Below, one piece after another: positions 38,860 through 53,084 of a stretch of DNA of 64,000 nucleotides. How positions within the stretch are numbered: the stretch's first letter is position 1; the number at the start of each line of letters is the position of its first letter. This DNA is from Lingula anatina (lineage: Eukaryota; Animalia; Brachiopoda): the NCBI GenBank assembly GCA_051362555.1, contig CM120640.1, positions 16,306,001 through 16,370,000 on the forward strand. The letters run 5' to 3'. Made by a program: the position numbers and the translations under genes. Under the pieces are notes generated by a model. It saw only the letters and a list, made by a program, of their open reading frames with translations. It searched no databases and had not been told where the DNA came from.

Positions 38860-40299
38860 GTTGACTTCACCCTGAATTTATCTGAAATGTAAAAATAACT
38901 ACAGCTACAACTATCACAACTTTCCTCAAGACAACTTTGTGCCTACTCAGCCATTTAATATTTTGCAAATGCTAAGAGGATTCACTTTGACTTAAGAAAA
39001 TAGAAATCTTTTTTTCCGCTGTTATTCTGAAACTGTTTTAGACAGTTTTCACATTGCCCATGACTGACAGTACTTATACTACTTCAGTAACATCTGCATG
39101 ACTGATAAAATTTTTAAGAATGAATAGAAAGAAGTGTTCACTCAGTCCAAGGGACCAGCAACAATTTTAAGTGCTGCCAATGTTAATTTACAGACTGCCA
39201 GTGCTATGGTAAAGCAATGCATTCAACACTACTGGTCCATATATTGGATATTCTGAAAAGTCTGCATGTCTGCTATTCCATTCACATGTCCCAGTGTCTG
39301 TATGTTATTCAACAGAAAATTGCATTCAGTGAGATGATAAAGAAAGTTACATGAATATAAATTAATAGTTATCTCACTTTGTCAGATTTCACTTTGTGGC
39401 TGATGAATACATTGTCACTTCACAACACTGGCCATCACCTTTGCTACTTGGTTACAAACCTTCTTTATGTGCATGTGTAAAGACTACTAAGTTTATTCAT
39501 ATAAAAGGCTCCTGACTAGAAAGACAAGGCCGGAAAATACAAATTATAATTCTCATGTCCTTGAAAAGCTATTAAAACAATCATGTAGACTTCATTCATC
39601 AACAAACCCAAATATGTGACTCCAAGGCCAAACAAAATTGATGATTCAGTTAGTTAACAAGCAGGGACTCTCTGTAAACAGGATCAGCTTATAGACATAA
39701 TTTTTGTTTTTGTTTTTAAACAAACATGATGCTAAGCAGCTCGCTATATTTGAGGGTTGGCAGTTTTATTTTTTCTGTGGGAGAAGAAATGTCACTCTTA
39801 AGTGAAGGTGGTTTCTAAGCATTAAACATCGTTAAGGTTTTTTCCTAGAGTCAACAGCAATTTTTCCAACTTACCAAAACAATACAGTACAGTAGCATTT
39901 TTTCATTTGAAAAAAAATTGATTACCAGCTAATCAACTCTACAAAATTCAAAATGCAATTATTAACATGTTAATAGTTTTTTAATTTGACTTAAGCAAAA
40001 TGGAAGGAAAAGACTATTGTTCCACAAATTTCTCAGTTGGAGTAGCCAAAAAACTTATGCGCTATTAAGTTTTTTGGCTTTTTTTCACATGCTTGTGAGA
40101 AAAAAATGGATGAGGTGAAGTTATTTTGTTTTTTCTCATAATAATAATTGTGTGCGTTCACTTTAACACCAGTGCCCAAAAGTGTCATTAGTTTCAAACA
40201 CCGATTAACATGAACGCCAGACACCGGGTTTTGTCGCCAAAGTGACATTCACTTGACCTCCAGCCTTTCCAACTCGGCGGAGGGGACCCAAGCACGACC

Positions 40300-40800
40300 G
40301 CAATACTCACCGTTCAACGGATCATAATGCAACGTTAATAGAGTGCATTTTTCACAGTTTAGTTAGGTTTTTGCATTGAAGCATGTCACTCACCTTGCCC
40401 CGAAAATGTTCATCAGATTTTCGCAATTTCTTGACAGGGATAGCAAAACGCACACACAACACACTTGTAGAAAGATGGCACAGAGTCAGTTTTATATTAT
40501 TACTGAAGTTTAAGTTAAAGACAAATCGACATATTCCTGAAAATAACATAAACTACTCATATAACAAAACATCATAAAAATTTACATAATCATAAGTATA
40601 TCAGTTATTACTATGATATCAGATACATATATGTGCAGTTAAGAATATTACAAAACTAAGTATAAGACTGAAAGCTGGCTTTGCTTGTAGATGGATGTCA
40701 GGAAGATTTTCAGCTTAGAACTACGTTAACCTCGCTGCTAAACGTGTACTTAGGTTTCTTTTGAAGCAATTGGTGTCACTGTTGCTTATCTTCTGACGAA
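40300..40800. promoter_or_regulatory. Probable bidirectional promoter shared by AGL and YJU2B
   Basis: The genes are head-to-head. Minus-strand donors (actcac) at ~40305 and ~40387 fit AGL 5'UTR exons, and the YJU2B ATG exon is at 40804. Confidence 0.4.
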
Positions 40801-40803
40801 AAA

Positions 40804-43800
40804 ATGGTGAGGCTTACTCAGTCAATGATTTCAATCTTAATTCGACAATACACACTGGATAACTTGTGGTTGAAAATGTGACCCCAACTTCGAGTTCAGT
40901 ACATTGCATTGCGATGGCTAAAGCTTGGACATATGTCCAAAGATGAAGTGATGCTACCCACTGGACTAGTAACTCAGTATATTGTAGTGCCAAAAGGTAG
41001 CGTCATATAATATATACAATTATCACGAGTTTTTGCTTTTCCTATGCTTTATCTTATTTCTGTCTAAGTTAAACATTGAGTAGGTATATCAGAAAAATTT
41101 TCAAACTGATCAGAAAATTATAATACTTATATCATCTGAAAGGTAATGTAAAAACCGGATGAAATCACTTGGAATTTTTTTAATATTCCTACAAGCAACA
41201 AAGATATTGAAGTTTTTTAACTGCAAAAATGCACCAAAAGTGTCCACCTTTTCAGCTTAAAACCTGTCACTACTGACCAGCGGTGATCACTCAGCTGTAG
41301 CTGCAGCTCAAATTGCTTGTGACCAATTAGGGCAATTATGGCTGTATGTTAATCTAATGACCCGGAAACAAACCCAAATTGGCGACCGCACAAGCACATG
41401 GCTGGGATGGCTTCCGTGCAGATCAAGTACTATAAATATTGCGCATCAAATAAACTATACTTCGCATGGTTTAATTTTCATGATTTTTTTACATAATATT
41501 GCAAATTTCATAAACTTTATTCGATATAAATTTTAAAAAACTGAAACCAGTACTTCCCTGACATTTTTGAGCATTTTGTTGAGGCAAAACTTCAAACACC
41601 CTGAACTGAAACTTCTCAAAGACTGCAACACGGGAAAATCACGTGACCGGATTTTACTCTTTGATTTACAGCTTATTTAGTTAATGGCTTGTATTAGTTT
41701 TTTTTACGCGGCGCTAAAAGAGAGATTTAAAAAAGGGGTGCCATAGGCGAGCTGTCAGCAGGCCGACTTCAGTTTTACACTTCACTGCCACTGGACAGTT
41801 ACGACTGTAGCGCCCCTAGCGGATTGTGATATACCTACATTGAGAATTTGAACAGTTTCACTTTTACACTTCACTTTTTTCCTCTAAATTCAGGGTGAAA
41901 GGAAGGGCACCAACCATTATTACCCCCCAGATTTTGACCCAGCAAAACACAGGAACTTAAATGCATACCATGGCACTCATGCATTGCGGGAAAGAGCCAG
42001 AAAACTACATAAGGGGATTATGATAATAAGGTACTATAATTCTCTGTTTAATACGAGTTGTTTTTATGAAATTTCTGACACATGATAGATGACTTCATTG
42101 TTATTATAACTTTAAGAATAGAAGTACGACTTAAAATGTGGTTTATTAAAATAATTTCTTAAAAGTAAAAAATGACTTCAATTGCATATTGTTGTTATTA
42201 TTACATTAAGATTAGAAATATGACTTTAAATGTGGTTTATTAAAATATTTTTATTATTGCTATTAAGAATTATTGATTGTAATGTGCAGTATATTGATGT
42301 ATTGTTTTAATGGCAAAACTCCCCAATCCTTGCCATGTAACTCATTTTTCCTGCATTTTGTATCTTTCCTTATCTCACATATCATCCATTTCTCCTTTTA
42401 AATTCCAGGTTTGAAATGCCATACAACATTTGGTGTGATGGCTGTAAGAATCACATTGGTATGGGTGTCAGATACAATGCAGAAAAGAGTAAAATAGGAA
42501 TGTACTACACAACACCGCTGTACAAATTCAGGATGAAGTGTCATTTGTGTGACAATCACTTTGAAATAAAAACGGATCCAGCGGTATGGGTTGTTGATTA
42601 TTTTATCAGCATTATTATTTATAATAGATGTTGTGCACTCATGTTATAAAAACAGCCATAATATATATGTCATCATCTAGCACTGACCAATAAAAGTTGC
42701 TTTGCAAAAATTGTTTCTAAAAATGATCTTTGAACATATATATATATATATGACTAAATCCTGCTTTAGTGAAATTGTTAGTGTTTCGTGACATTATAGA
42801 AATGTAATTAAAGATGATATAATTGAATGGTAATTATATAATTGAATGGTAAATATATTTTACTTTGTATTACAGAATCATGACTATGTTATTATCAGTG
42901 GTGCAAGAAGAAAAGAACAGAGATATGACCCTAAGGATAATGAACAAATAGAGACTGAGGGTAAGGATTATCTGTTGAGACACATACCTGACATAGTACT
43001 TTATTTCACTACTAAAGAAGATCAGGCCTTGTTTTGGAAACCAGATATTTGCTAGCCATGAAGATCAAGTCCACATGCATTTGCTTCAATATTTGGTTTA
43101 TTTTTTGCCTAAAGTACTGCAGCTTCATGCTCGTCCTTAATTAGCTTCTTTCTGTAGAAATGACATGCTAGCTTACAAGCCTAACAATACAATGATGTTT
43201 TTTTGTACTGATTTATGTAAGTGATGCTGATGGATCATTTAGCCCATAGCTAAGATATAAAATATAGAGCATTTACCATCATTATCAAAAGTATTTAACC
43301 TGTATCAGTCATGGTATCAGTATGCCTGTTTATTTGCCAGCTTTGTGTACAGATTATAATTTCAACAAAATGATTAAGACTTCATAATTTAATTTCTATC
43401 AGAATATTGCACCTTTTGTAAAAATAAATACATAAATTTTTTATGTTTGTAACATTTTTTTACTTTATTAATTTTGCCGTTTTAGATAAATCAGTGAAAA
43501 AGAAATTGGCCACTGATGCTATGTTCAAACTTGAACATGGTGTGGATGATAAAGCTAAAGTGCAGTCAGTGGCTTACACTTTAGATCAACTAGAAGAAAT
43601 AAAGGCAGAGAAAAGAGATGACTATATGTTGAACAGACGAGCAAGGGATATATTTCGGGTATGTAAAAAACAGAACATAAGCCAAAAAAATCTATATGAT
43701 GCTTAAAAAGTTTAGGATTTTTCACTTAAGAGAACAGTAAACTTGTGTTACAGTATTAGTACTTTGTAGGTCATTGCACATTTATTTGTGTTCATCCTTA

Positions 43801-44584
43801 GTCCTAACATTTTTTAGAAGGAAAAAAGAGCCCTGAAAGACTCCCTTGAAGCTGACAATGCATTGATTGCTCGTTCATCCTTGGGTGTTTCTTTGGTGCC
43901 TGAAAAGGAAGAAGACGTGAAACTGGCTGGACTTATGAAATATGCATCAGCTAAATGTAAGTTCATTTACGACTAATTTGTCATTGAAGTTGTCATGATG
44001 GCATTTAGTGTTTTCCCGGACACAACTTAATTTGGTGAAATTTGATGCAGAAATGTAATATATTCCTGTGATATGTAACTTTAATGCATTAACAGTGTCT
44101 TGTGAAAATATTACAGTCTTCAGGAAAGGAACAAATTTAAATAGATTATAAAATCGTGTCTCTATGTCAAAACCTATAGATCATAATGCCTAAAATCTTC
44201 TTGCTGTACTCTACTCTAAATTATAACTGACTTCAAACAGTATTTGGAATCTGATTCACCTCAACTTATGATGGGTCTCTTTCAGCTTATGATGAAAAGC
44301 AACAAGAAAAAAGACAACAGATAGAATCCAGACCTCTTTTCCAGTCAAAAACGGAAGAAAAATTGAAGAAGAACAAAGCTTTGCAAATTTTACATTCCAA
44401 AGGGAAACTAGGACATCAAGAAAGTCCATTTTCCTTGAATTCTGTGACTATCAGTCCTTTAACTGGTATTGTTAAACAGAAAAATAAGGGTGAGAGTAAG
44501 AGCCGTACTGCTTCAAAAGAGACAGTTATAAACAATAACAAGGCAGCAAAGCTGTCAAATGTACAGACAAAAAACAGAAAATAA
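40804..44584 (+). CDS. YJU2B: Splicing factor YJU2B / CCDC130 (CWC16 family); C-terminus replaced by element-derived sequence
   Basis: ATG|gtgagg at 40804-40806. Exons: 41894-42030 (GERKGTNHYYPPDFDP), 42409-42583 (FEMPYNIWCDGC..MGVRYNAEK..CHLC), 42876-42960, 43487-43658 (DAMFKLEH), ~43819-43957 and 44286-44584. Confidence 0.93.
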
Positions 44585-45104
44585 AGATGCAAAAAAGGTC
44601 ATTTTGTTAATTTTGATGCAATAATAAATAATGCTTATAATAGCACTGTCAGTCAACACTGAATTTTATAATCATGCACAACAGGTAAAATGGTCAATAA
44701 CATGAGCGGACCCAGAGATATTCTCTGACAGTATTCCAAAGTATCTATTTTGATCCATCCTCCATTTTGATGGTCTTCCAACAGAAGAAAAAATAGATAC
44801 CAGGCAATATAAACTTAATAACCTGACTGTCTTCCGGAAGTCCCAGAAGATGGTCTCAATCTAACCTTTCAATAAGATTACAGTTTCAATGAGAGTTCAA
44901 ATTCACATGATGTAAGTCTCAATATTTGAAAAATGATGACAGTGCATAAAATAATATTACATAAGTAACATAATGTTTAAAGACTTAAAAAACAATACAA
45001 CTGCTTATGTGGAAAAACAGAAATGTCAGAGTCTCAGGCGGATGAGAGTTTAAAGTCACAAATGCAAGTGTTTGAGAAAAAATTATAAAGGAAAACATAA
45101 CAAA

Positions 45105-45290
45105 ACTAGAAAAGCACTCCGAGAGTGCAGACCTCTGCCAAGGTAGCAATTGTTGATTATTATTGATTTTTGTCCTCTTTGGCCCACTTCTGACAGTTCC
45201 TGAAAATTTCAGCAAAATCGGTCCATAACTTTTTGAGATATGTTGATGACAAACAGGGGTGAAAATATAACCTCCTTGGCAGAGGTAAAT
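45105..45290 (-). mobile_element. Mini Helentron-like family C (~185 bp)
   Basis: actagaaaaGCACTCcgaGAGTGC hairpin with subTIR acctctgccaagg; far end acctccttggcagaggt. Confidence 0.7.
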
Positions 45291-47289
45291 ATAATTCCAA
45301 TGAAGCTGCTATTCAAACTTTTAATCTTTAAGTTTGATATATATATATTAAAAACTTATTTGCAATATTAAACAAAATTTACCTGCATAATTATCACTGC
45401 TTCCTTATTATTAATCTAGCAGAGAGCTTAACCTATGGGAGTTTACAGGGAAATATCAACAAGTGTGCTTTATGTAATCTCAAATCACAAGTGTGCTTTA
45501 TGTAGCCTATCAATTAGGCAAATTACTTTATAACTGAAATTAGCGAAGTGATACCCAAGGGAAATTTATAGACTGACCCTCTCAAAGGTCTTTCAGGCCC
45601 ATAAGTCACAACTTAAGAAGAGCACAAAACAATAATGCACAAAATAGGAGACTACCACTTCTGATGCAATAATACATTATGTTTAACTGCACAGTCAACA
45701 TCAAATTTTAATTTTGCACAACAGGTAACACCGATGAAAGTAAAAGCATAAGGCTTCAGGCCCATCAGAGTTCAAGTTTATACTTAGAAAGTGCCAGAAT
45801 GAGAAAAATGAAATTTCACACAAAATTGCATTAAATTCAATAATAAATGATAACCCAATTGACCTGGCTTTCTAATTTGAACTGCATGCCAATCCTAAAA
45901 ATCATACTCTTAAGTTAAATATAATAATAAATAACACAGTTTTCTTTTCATAATGTTTGCAGTAGCAGTGCAAAAAGATCATTGTCAATTTTGATGTAAC
46001 ATTACATAATAAATTATAGAATAATTATCACCAATTTTTGATTATTGACTATAAATAGCATGAACATGTAGAAAATTTGATTACCATCCGGCTTCATGTC
46101 CATGGGAGCTCAGAGTCTCACAATGAATATGCCAAAAAGATAATGAATATTTCACTAAAATGTATAACTTCCAGAAAAAGAAGCCCATTAGACTGCTTTT
46201 CCAACTTGGGCTGCATTTTAGTCCTGTGTTTCTTTTTTGAAAGTTTGACAATCATAAGTAACACGGTTTTCCCATCATGGTCATCATGGCAGATGTGGAT
46301 GATTGAATCTGACAAACTGCAATGATATGAGTTTATTTCCGTTTTGGACACTTGATTACACAATACATGATAACAAGTTTACCATCATTTTTACATAATC
46401 AACTAACAATGTTGTAAAGATGCAGGAAATATCAAACACACACTTTTACGTATCTTATTAGTTCAATAATGAGACTGTTAACATGCCTAAGAATTGAATC
46501 TGAGGAAATTTGAAAAAACAGTACAACTTCTAAAATAATGGCCCGATAACACTGATTTTCGAACTCAACCTGCATTTTTGAAAGATTGACCACTCCTGTG
46601 AGTATAATGACAATTGGCTAAGCCGTTTTTCTTATATTGTGTTATTAATGTTGCATATATGTTGAAAAAAGTGAAAAAACAGCATTAAAAAATTAAAAGA
46701 AAATGTAAAATAAAACATAACACAAGGCAGCAAAGCTGTCAAATGTACAGACAAAAAACAGAAAATAAAGATGCAAAATAGGTCATTTTGTCAATTTTGA
46801 TTCAATAATAAATAATGCTTATAATAGCACTGTCAGTCAACACTGAATTTTAATCATGCACAACAGGTAAAATGGTCAATAACATGAGCGGACCCAGAGA
46901 TATTTTCTGACAGTATTCCAAAGTATCTATTTTGATCCATCCTCCATTTTGATGGTCTTCCAACAGAAGAAAAAATAGATACCAGGCAATATAAACTTAA
47001 TAACCTGACTGTCTTCCGGAAGTCCCAGAAGATGGTCTCAATCTACCTTTTCAATAAGATTACAGTTTCAGGACCATGAGAGTTCAAATTCACATGATGT
47101 AAGTCTCAATATTTGAAAAATGATGACAGTGCATAAAATAATATTACATAAGTAACATAATGTTTAAAGACATAAAAAACAATACAACTGCTTATGTGGA
47201 AAAACAGAAATGTCAGAGTCTCAGGCGGATGAGAGTTTAAAGTCACAAATGCAAGTGTTTGAGAAAAAATTATAAAGGAAAACAACAAA

Positions 47290-47475
47290 ACTAGAAAAGC
47301 ACTCCGAGAGTGCAGACCTCTGCCAAGGTAGCAATTGTTGATTATTATTGATTTTTGTCCTCTTTGGCCCACTTCTGACAGTTCCTGAAAATTTCAGCAA
47401 AATCGGTCCATAACTTTTTGAGTTATGTTGATGACAAACAGGGGTGAAAATATAACCTCCTTGGCAGAGGTAAAT
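47290..47475 (-). mobile_element. Mini Helentron-like family C, second copy created by the duplication
   Basis: Same structure as 45105-45290. Confidence 0.7.
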
Positions 47476-47519
47476 ATAATTCCAATGAAGCTGCTATTCA
47501 AACTTTTAATCTTTCAGTT

Positions 47520-47521
<2 letters not shown>

Positions 47522-47577
<56 letters not shown>
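47522..47577. repeat. (TA)n microsatellite
   Basis: Perfect dinucleotide run. Confidence 0.95.
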
Positions 47578-47582
<5 letters not shown>

Positions 47583-50229
47583 TTATTTGCAATATTAAAC
47601 AAAATTTACCTGCATAATTATCACTGCTTCCTTATTATTAATCTAGCAGAGAGCTTAACCTATGGGAGTTTACAGGGAAATATCAACAAGTGTGCTTTAT
47701 GTAATCTCAAATCACAAGTGTGCTTTATGTAGCCTATCAATTAGGCAAATTACTTTATAACTGAAATTAGCGAAGTGATACCCAAGGGAAATTTATAGAC
47801 TGACCCTCTCAAAGGTCTTTCAGGCCCATAAGTCACAACTTAAGAAGAGCACAAAACAATAATGCACAAAATAGGAGACTACAACTTCTGATGCAATAAT
47901 ACATTATGTTTAACTGCACAGTCAACATCAAATTTTAATTTTGCACAACAGGTAACACCGATGAGAGTAAAAGCATAAGGCTTCAGGCCCATCAGAGTTC
48001 AAGTTTATACTTAGAAAGTGCCAGAATGAGAAAAATGAAATTTCACACAAAATTGCATTAAATTCAATAATAAATGATAACCCAATTGACCTGGCTTTCT
48101 AATTTGAACTGCATGCCAATCCTAAAAATCATACTCTTAAGTTAAATATAATAATAAATAACACAGTTTTCTTTTCATAATGTTTGCAGTAGCAGTGCAA
48201 AAAGATTATTGTCAATTTTGATGTAACATTACATAATAAATTATAGAATAATTATCACCAATTTTTGATTATTGACTATAAATAGCATGAACATGTAGAA
48301 AATTTGATTACCATCCGGCTTCATGTCCATGGGAGCTCCGAGTCCCACAATGAATATGCCAAAAAGATAATGAATATTTCACTAAAATGAATAACTTCCA
48401 GAAAAAGAAGCCCATTAGACTGCTTTTCCAACTTGGGCTGCATTTTAGTCCTGTGTTTCTTTTTTGAAAGTTTGACAATCATAATGAACACGGTTTTCCC
48501 ATCATGGTCATCATGGCAGATGTGGATGATTGAATCTGACAAACTGCAATGATATGAGTTTATTTCCGTTTTGGACACTTGATTACACAATACATGATAA
48601 CAAGTTTACCATCATTTTTACATAATCAACTAACAATGTTGTAAAGATGCAGGAAATATCAAACACACACTTTTACGTATCTTATTAGTTCAATAATGAG
48701 ACTGTTAACATGCCTAAGAATTGAATCTGAGGAAATTTGAAAAAACAGTACAACTTCTAAAATAATGGCCCGATAACACTGATTTTCGAACTCAACCTGC
48801 ATTTTTGTAAGATTGACCACTCCTGTGAGTATAATGACAATTGGCTAAGCTGTTTTTCTTATATTGTGTTATTAATGTTGCATATATGTTGAAAAAAGTG
48901 AAAAAACAGCATAAAAAAATTAAAAGAAAATGTAAAATAAAACATAACAAAAAATACCAATAAAGCTGCTATTCAAACTTTTAATCTAGCTGTACAATTA
49001 CTAACATGATATGAATAACCCTATTGAGTTTGAGAATAATAAGGCACTGTTATTCATCTTTAGCATTAATGTAAGCGTTACACAAATTTTTTTTTGTAAA
49101 CTTATTTTCCATATTAAATAACATTTACCTGCATAATAATCATCGATTCCTAATTATGTGACACAGTTAAGAAAGCTAAACCGATGGGACTTTACAATGA
49201 AATCTCAATGTGTGTTTATGTAATCTCATTTAATACCCACTTGAAAATTAATTAAGCAAATTATTTTATAACCCTGAAATAACTTGAAAATCAATTAAGC
49301 AAATTATTTTATAACCCTGAATTAACTGCCTACTATCCATATACATTTATTGCACCAAATAGCACTGTACTGCATTGCTTTCAAAACAGAAAACAATTAC
49401 GATGGTTTTCCAACACAAGCTGCACTTCACTCTTTTCAGTAAGGTTGATTATCATAAGTAACATGGTTTTCCCTTAATCGCTATCCTGGCAGCAGTGTCC
49501 AAAATAGGGTTTTCTTTAACTTTCATGCAATATAACATAATACTTAACAGCATAATGACCATCAAATTTTTTATAAAAAAATAAAAGTATCATGGATATT
49601 CAGAAAATGTGATATGGAAAGGTCTCCAAGGACATGGAAGTTAGGGTCACACTTTCAAAATGCCAAAATGTTAACAAGAGATAACTGTACTGAAATGATT
49701 TTCTTTCCATTTTCAACACCTTTTTTTACATAAAACCATCATTAATTTTTAAATGATCAACTAGGAAAATTGTTGACATAGGAAAAATATCAATAGAACA
49801 ATTTATAATGTCCAATTAGCTCCATTTGGAGATTCTGAACAAACTGAATGATTGAATCTGACGAACTGCAATGATGAGTTCCTTTCCATTTTTGATACTT
49901 TATTACACAATGCAGGATAATAGGTTTACCGTCATTTTTATATAATCAACTAACAATATTGTTAAGAAGCAGAAAATGTTAAAACAACACTTTAACATAT
50001 CCAATTAGTACCGTTATGAGACTGTTAACATGCTTAAGAATTAAATCTGAAGAAAAACCACTTATATACAAAAAGGCTAATAACTTCATCAAAACTTAAC
50101 TGATCAAGCTTATTTTCAAACTTGATCTGTATACTGGTCAGATTGATCACTCCTGTGAGTTGCAAGACAAAAGGCTGATTGGTTTTCCTTAAAATGCGTT
50201 ATCAGTGTTGCATGTATGCTGAATAAAGG

Positions 50230-51355
50230 GAAAAAAACAGCATTACTTTTGTAAAAATAGTCCAATCATGCCAATTTTCAAACTTGACCTGCGTATAATA
50301 AATATTCACCAGTTCTGTAAATTTCAATCCAAGGAAAGGAAAAACATTTTTACACTTATCATGTTATCGGTGTTATAAAAGTGCTGAAAAAATTGAAAAA
50401 AAAAAAAAAACAAAAAAAACAGGATAACTTCCATAAAAATTGCCCGATCTTGCTGATTTTCAAACTTGCCCTGTGTATTATGAATATTCATTAGTTCTGT
50501 AAGTTTCAAGCCAAATGAAAAAACAGTTTTCCACTTATTGTGTTATCAGTGCTGCATATATGCTGAAAAAAGTGAAAAAACAGCATAAATTCCCTAACAA
50601 TAATCGAATCATGCTGATTTTCGAACTTGACTTGCGTATTATGAATATTTATCAGTTCTACAAGTTTCAAGCCAAAAGGTAAATTGGTTTTCCACTTATG
50701 GTGTTATCGGTGCTGCATATATGCTGAAAAATAGTGAAAAAACAGCATAAATTCCCTAAAAATGACCCAATCATGCTGATTTTCGAACTTGACCTGTGTA
50801 TTATGAATATTAATCAGTTTTGTAAGTTTCAAGCCAAAAGGTAGGATGGTTTTCCACTTATCGTGTTATCGGGGTTGCATATATGCTGAAAAAAGTGAAA
50901 AAACAGCATAAATTCCCTAAAAATGACCCGATCATGCTGATTTTCGAACTTGACCTGCGTATTATGAATATTCATCAGTTCTGTAACTTTCAAGCCAAAA
51001 GGTAAAATGGTTTTTCACTTATCGTGTTATCGGTGCTGCATATATGCTGAAAAAAGTGAAAAAACAGCATAAATTCCCTAAAAGTGACCCGATCATGCTG
51101 ATTTTCGAACTTGACCTGCGTATTATGAATATTCATCAGTTTTGTAAGTTTCAAGTCAAAAGGTAAAATGGTTTTCCACTTATCGTGTTATCAGTGCTGC
51201 ATATATGCTGAAGAAAGTGAAAAAACAGCATAAATTCCCTAAAAGTGACCCGATCATGCTGATTTTCGAACTTGACCTGCGTATTATGAATATTCATCAG
51301 TTCTGTAAGTTTCATACCAAAAGAAAAAACAGTTTTCCATTTATCGTGTTATCGG
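50230..51355. repeat. 161-bp tandem array (about 7 copies) of family A
   Basis: Same monomer as 22071-22830, more degenerate leftwards. Confidence 0.9.
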
Positions 51356-51447
51356 TAAAAGTGCACGGCGACGGCGACGACGGCGACGGCGACGACAGAC
51401 GCAGATGATAGCTATATGTACAGACACATCTGTGTCTGTACATAAAA

Positions 51448-51572
51448 ATAGTCAAAATAATCACGAACCCCATACTGCAGATTGTAAAATTTCAGGAAAG
51501 GAAGCCCAGAAAAATGCTTTAGGAAGTTTGATGGACAACTATGATGATAGTGAAAGCGATACCAATACATAG
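51448..51572 (+). pseudogene. YJU2B: Displaced original 3' end of the YJU2B CDS
   Basis: Reads NSQNNHEPHTADCKISGKEAQKNALGSLMDNYDDSESDTNT*, resembling the SLVADYSDSESE-type C-terminus of CCDC130. It is in frame with ...KETVINN when the element is removed. Confidence 0.75.
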
Positions 51573-53084
51573 TACAACATAAAGATTTCATGAAGCTTTT
51601 CACATTGCAATGACATAGCATGTGGTACATTTTATTAATCATGTTCGGGTATTTTGATAAAAGTTAACTGCAAAACTGTCTTGGGTCAATTTTATCATTT
51701 TACCTCTTTTGCTTTTATGGGGCACTGTTTTATCTATTATTTATATTTGGATTTGGGCCGTTTTATTTTTAAACCTGATCCCCATCCCACTCCATGCTCA
51801 CACTAGTTTGCCAGTAATAAATCAGTAGAACTTTAAATCTAGGTCCCCCTAAACAGCAGCTGTCAGCTCATCATATTCATTCTCTGGCCCTGAAGGAATT
51901 TCATCAGCCTGGGAAAGGGGTTGAAGTTGCTGGTGCTAGGTCAGGAGAATAGTTGGGTGATAATATCAATTCCTTACATAAATTATTTTGAAAAGTACAC
52001 AGAATTATCCAGAGACATATCTGTGAATATCTAGTGATATATCAATCTGTGACCCTGGTTGAGGGTAGGGTAGGTTTGGGGTCTGTTAAAATAAATATTG
52101 TCCACAGCATTTGTAAGAAAACTATCATTTTGAAAACAGGAAATTTATCTATGCTCAAATCCATGTTTCTTTTTTGAAGTTGTAAATTCAAGACTGGTTC
52201 ATAATCAGCTGATCAAGAGGACTTGGGGACCATTTGTTGCGTAATACCTGATGATGGGAGAATTATTAAACTATTAAATGGCTCTCGAACTTTGTCTCAA
52301 ATTTTCCATTTTGCTATTTTTAAAATAGACTGGTCCTTTTCAGACTTGTTTACCCCCACAGGGCCCACACCAACAGCTAATGATTCAACTTATGTACAAA
52401 GTTGTATTTCACTCGACTTATCCACACAAGTAATATTTCCAAGATTGGAGCATAAATCAAAAAATGACAAAATGTTCTTTTCTGGCTTTAAAATGCCAGT
52501 GTTTGGTCCCTTTCAGGCATTGTTTATACAAATACAATAACAAAAAGAAAACGTGGAAATATATTTTAACTTTTTAGTTTATTACTCAATTTGTTTTTAA
52601 CCGTCAAACCTGTATAATTCACATTTCACTTCAGCAGTACATGTAACCCGTGCATTCTCTAAAGTTACTAATGAAGTGATAATAAGGGTATGTCAAAAGT
52701 GTAAACTTCTGAAAATGAATTCTATATGAACCATCTACAAATGCAAAATACCTTTATGTGCAATCACATTTCAAGTCCTTACAGCATAACTTACATTATT
52801 TCTCATAAATATCATTAGACACTCAAAAAGCATGAACAAAGGAAAGTTTTAAGTCTGTTGGGTCCCTGATCACATCCAGGAATGAGTGGTGTTGTCAAAA
52901 AAACACTAACACTGATCTTCGTAATTACACATATCATTAAGTCTTAGTACCAGTACATCAGATATGATTTAGTGATAAAAACATCTTGGTTTATGGTAAG
53001 TGTCTGTACAATCAGGTATGCCAATGTCAATTCACAGATGATGCTAAGGGAAAGAAAGGAATTACAGCCTAAACATTTTTGTCA

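Larger units (their letters stand above)
44538..48948. repeat. Head-to-tail duplication of about 2.2 kb
   Basis: 44538-46721 and 46722-48948 are near-identical. They differ by scattered substitutions, small indels and (TA)n length. Confidence 0.93.
44538..51447 (-). mobile_element. Helentron-like family A composite (6.9 kb) inserted in the last YJU2B coding exon
   Basis: Same termini as 18735-22917. It contains a 2.2-kb tandem duplication, two family C mini-elements and a 161-bp array. Confidence 0.85.

Noticed and set aside
41080-41740. Possible old DNA-transposon remnant in YJU2B intron 1
   Set aside because: Could not define termini or a TSD.
52240-52300. CTGATGA...CGAAC hammerhead-ribozyme-like core
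   Set aside because: GAAA core is broken and there is no convincing stem I or stem III pairing.
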